Positions 15,408-17,432 of a DNA stretch of 17,432 nt are shown piece by piece. The number at the start of each line of letters is the position of its first letter. Positions within the stretch are counted from its first letter, which is position 1. The notes under the pieces are model-generated. The model was not told where the DNA came from and made no database searches. It saw only the letters and a program-made list of their open reading frames with translations. The stretch is from Promethearchaeota archaeon (lineage in GTDB: Archaea; Asgardarchaeota; Lokiarchaeia; Sigyniarchaeales; SOKP01). The DNA lies in assembly GCA_048941265.1 (NCBI GenBank), contig JBHLNT010000079.1:1-17432 (forward strand), given 5' to 3'. The translations under genes and the position numbers were made by a program.

Positions 15408-17432
15408 ATGAGAAAATTATACATTAACCCTAAGGGACAAGTTATTTTAAAAGCGGTAAATAAACCAATTTTAAGTACGAAGGGATCATTGGTAAAAACC
15501 AGATATGCGTTAATTAGTTCGGGAACAGAATTATCAGCAATCAAATCAAAAAAGGTTGATAATTTGCCGTTAATCAAAAGGTTCATTAAATCAAAAAATT
15601 TTAGAAAAAGGGTATTGTCGATTTTTAAATCGAGTAATTTAAAAAGTGTCCTTAAAACATATAAATCCTATTCTAAGAGGGCTGAACAAAAAAATTTTGT
15701 GCCCCCTATTAAAAATTTAAGTCCGATAGGTTATAGTTGTTCTGGCATAATTCAAGATAGTAATATTGAAGAATTCCAAATAAACGATAGAGTAGCATGT
15801 GCAGGTATTAATCATGCAGAAGATGTATTTGTTCCTAAAAATTTATGTTGTAAGGTTCCTAATAATGTTAGTCTTGAAGAAGCTGCATTTGCAACTTTGG
15901 GGGCTATTGCATTACATGGCATCCATCGAGCTGAAATTAAACCCGGCGAGTATGTGGGCATAATTGGAACCGGATTAATTGGACTAATAACGATCCAATT
16001 AGCTAAAATCGCAGGAGCTATAGTTTTAGCTTCTGATTTGATTAAAAAACGTCTAGAGCTTGCGAAAACTTTTGGTGCTAATTTAGTAATTAATCCTGAA
16101 TATGGTGATTCTAAAATAGAAGTCAATAAATTTACTAAAGGGCATGGTTTAGATTCTATTATAATTTGCGCAACATCCAAATCTTCAAAACCATTAGAAC
16201 AGGCGGTAGATTTGATCCGAGATAAAGGGAAAATTATTTTGCTAGGATTGTTTCCTATTAATATTGACCGCAGCCAACTCTACTATAAAGAAGCAGATTT
16301 ACTCATATCACGTTCTTATGGTCCCGGACGTTATGATCCGTATTATGAATTTGATGGGTATGATTATCCTAAAGATTATGTTCCATGGACAATAAAGAGG
16401 AATATGGAATACTTTCTTAAATTAATTTCAGAAAATCGAATAAATGTCAAACCCTTAATTACAGATATTATTCCAGTTAATCAAGCAAATAGAGCATATG
16501 AACGATTATTATTAGATCCCATAAATAATATTACTTTTCTTTTAGATTTCAAAAAAGATTGGGAAAAACCAGAAATAATCCAAGAGAAGCATGATCTTAG
16601 AGATAAATCTGAAAAATTAATTATAGGTTTAATTGGATGCGGTTCATTTGCTCAATCTTTTCATTTGCCTTATCTTATACAAAACCCAAATTGTAAGATA
16701 AAAGCTATTGCTACAAATCATAAGCAAACAGCACAAATTTGTAAAGAAAAATATCATCCTGATTATATCACAACAAATTATAAAGATATACTAAAAGATC
16801 TTGATATAAATACAGTATTTATTTACACTCGACATGACACACATGCCAAATTTTCTATTGAAGCTCTTAATAGTGGAAAGAATGTATATGTTGAAAAGCC
16901 AATGGCATTAACTATGAATGATTGTATAAAAATACATGATATTGTAAAAAATACAAAATTGAAGTATTCAATCGGTTTTAATCGAAGATACAGTCCTTTT
17001 ATTCTCAAAGCAAAAGAATTATTAGAAAAACGAGATAATCCGATTATTTTAAATTATAGAATAGCAAATCCTTATATCGCAACAGACCATTGGATCTATG
17101 ATCCCAATATTGGCGGTGGACCTCTAATTGGTGAATTATGCCATTTTACTGATTTAATTTTATATCTTATAAATTCTAAACCTAAAGAATTAATAGCTAA
17201 TGGAGGTTCAATTAGTCACAAAAATATTGAAGTATATGATAGTTGCATAGCCTTAATTGAATTTGAGAATAGGTCTATTGCAAACTTGATCTATACGGAT
17301 TTAAATGGACCGAATATGCCAAAAGAGAGAATAGAAATTTACTCCGGGGATTCTGCTATCATAATTGATGATTTTTTAATCATGAATACTTCAGGTTATG
17401 AATTTGGAAATTGGAGGTTGGACCAACAGGAT
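15408..17432 (+). CDS. Bi-domain oxidoreductase (MDR/alcohol-dehydrogenase-like domain fused to Gfo/Idh/MocA domain), 3'-truncated
   Basis: Absent from the ORF track because there is no stop in the window. ATG 15408 gives MRKLYINPKG...LISSGTE...PIGYSCSG...DRVACAG..HAE...GIIGTGLIG...SRSYGPGRYDPYYE, then IGLIGCGSFA, TRHDTH, VYVEKPMA, GFNRRYSP, GGGPLIGELCHFTD. The frame spans 675 codons to the window end. Confidence 0.93.
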   Translation, partial: MRKLYINPKGQVILKAVNKPILSTKGSLVKTRYALISSGTELSAIKSKKVDNLPLIKRFIKSKNFRKRVLSIFKSSNLKSVLKTYKSYSKRAEQKNFVPPIKNLSPIGYSCSGIIQDSNIEEFQINDRVACAGINHAEDVFVPKNLCCKVPNNVSLEEAAFATLGAIALHGIHRAEIKPGEYVGIIGTGLIGLITIQLAKIAGAIVLASDLIKKRLELAKTFGANLVINPEYGDSKIEVNKFTKGHGLDSIIICATSKSSKPLEQAVDLIRDKGKIILLGLFPINIDRSQLYYKEADLLISRSYGPGRYDPYYEFDGYDYPKDYVPWTIKRNMEYFLKLISENRINVKPLITDIIPVNQANRAYERLLLDPINNITFLLDFKKDWEKPEIIQEKHDLRDKSEKLIIGLIGCGSFAQSFHLPYLIQNPNCKIKAIATNHKQTAQICKEKYHPDYITTNYKDILKDLDINTVFIYTRHDTHAKFSIEALNSGKNVYVEKPMALTMNDCIKIHDIVKNTKLKYSIGFNRRYSPFILKAKELLEKRDNPIILNYRIANPYIATDHWIYDPNIGGGPLIGELCHFTDLILYLINSKPKELIANGGSISHKNIEVYDSCIALIEFENRSIANLIYTDLNGPNMPKERIEIYSGDSAIIIDDFLIMNTSGYEFGNWRLDQQD

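Noticed and set aside
69-17008. Short minus-strand ORFs (69-308, 1608-1823, 7634-7870, 8899-9084, 10274-10612, 13846-14049, 14762-14980, 15389-15586, 15812-16180, 16823-17008)
   Set aside because: All are antisense shadows of well-supported plus-strand genes and carry no recognisable motifs.

Overview
Very AT-rich window (roughly 25% GC by eye) that is entirely a surface-glycan (N-glycan/S-layer or exopolysaccharide) biosynthesis and modification cluster. Sparse Shine-Dalgarno sites, TATA-like boxes, no hairpin terminators and the gene families present suggest an archaeon, possibly Asgard/Lokiarchaeia; this is inference only. Order: GT4 (5'-truncated), FkbM methyltransferase, GT4 (+); two GT2 (-); a decayed NAD-dependent epimerase pseudogene missed by the ORF track; a sulfatase-like gene, an NPP/alkaline-phosphatase-like gene, UDP-sulfoquinovose synthase (SqdB/Agl3) and thioredoxin (+); an AlkP-core protein and GT4 (-); a heparinase II/III-like protein and a 3'-truncated bi-domain oxidoreductase, also missed by the ORF track (+). 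The best candidate for a new system is the SqdB, which carries an extra 80-aa N-terminal domain with five cysteines, lies 1 nt upstream of a thioredoxin, and is flanked by three alkaline-phosphatase-superfamily enzymes that all lack the formylglycine sulfatase motif. This may be a redox- or metal-linked sulfosugar module. No RNA genes, CRISPR arrays or mobile elements were seen.
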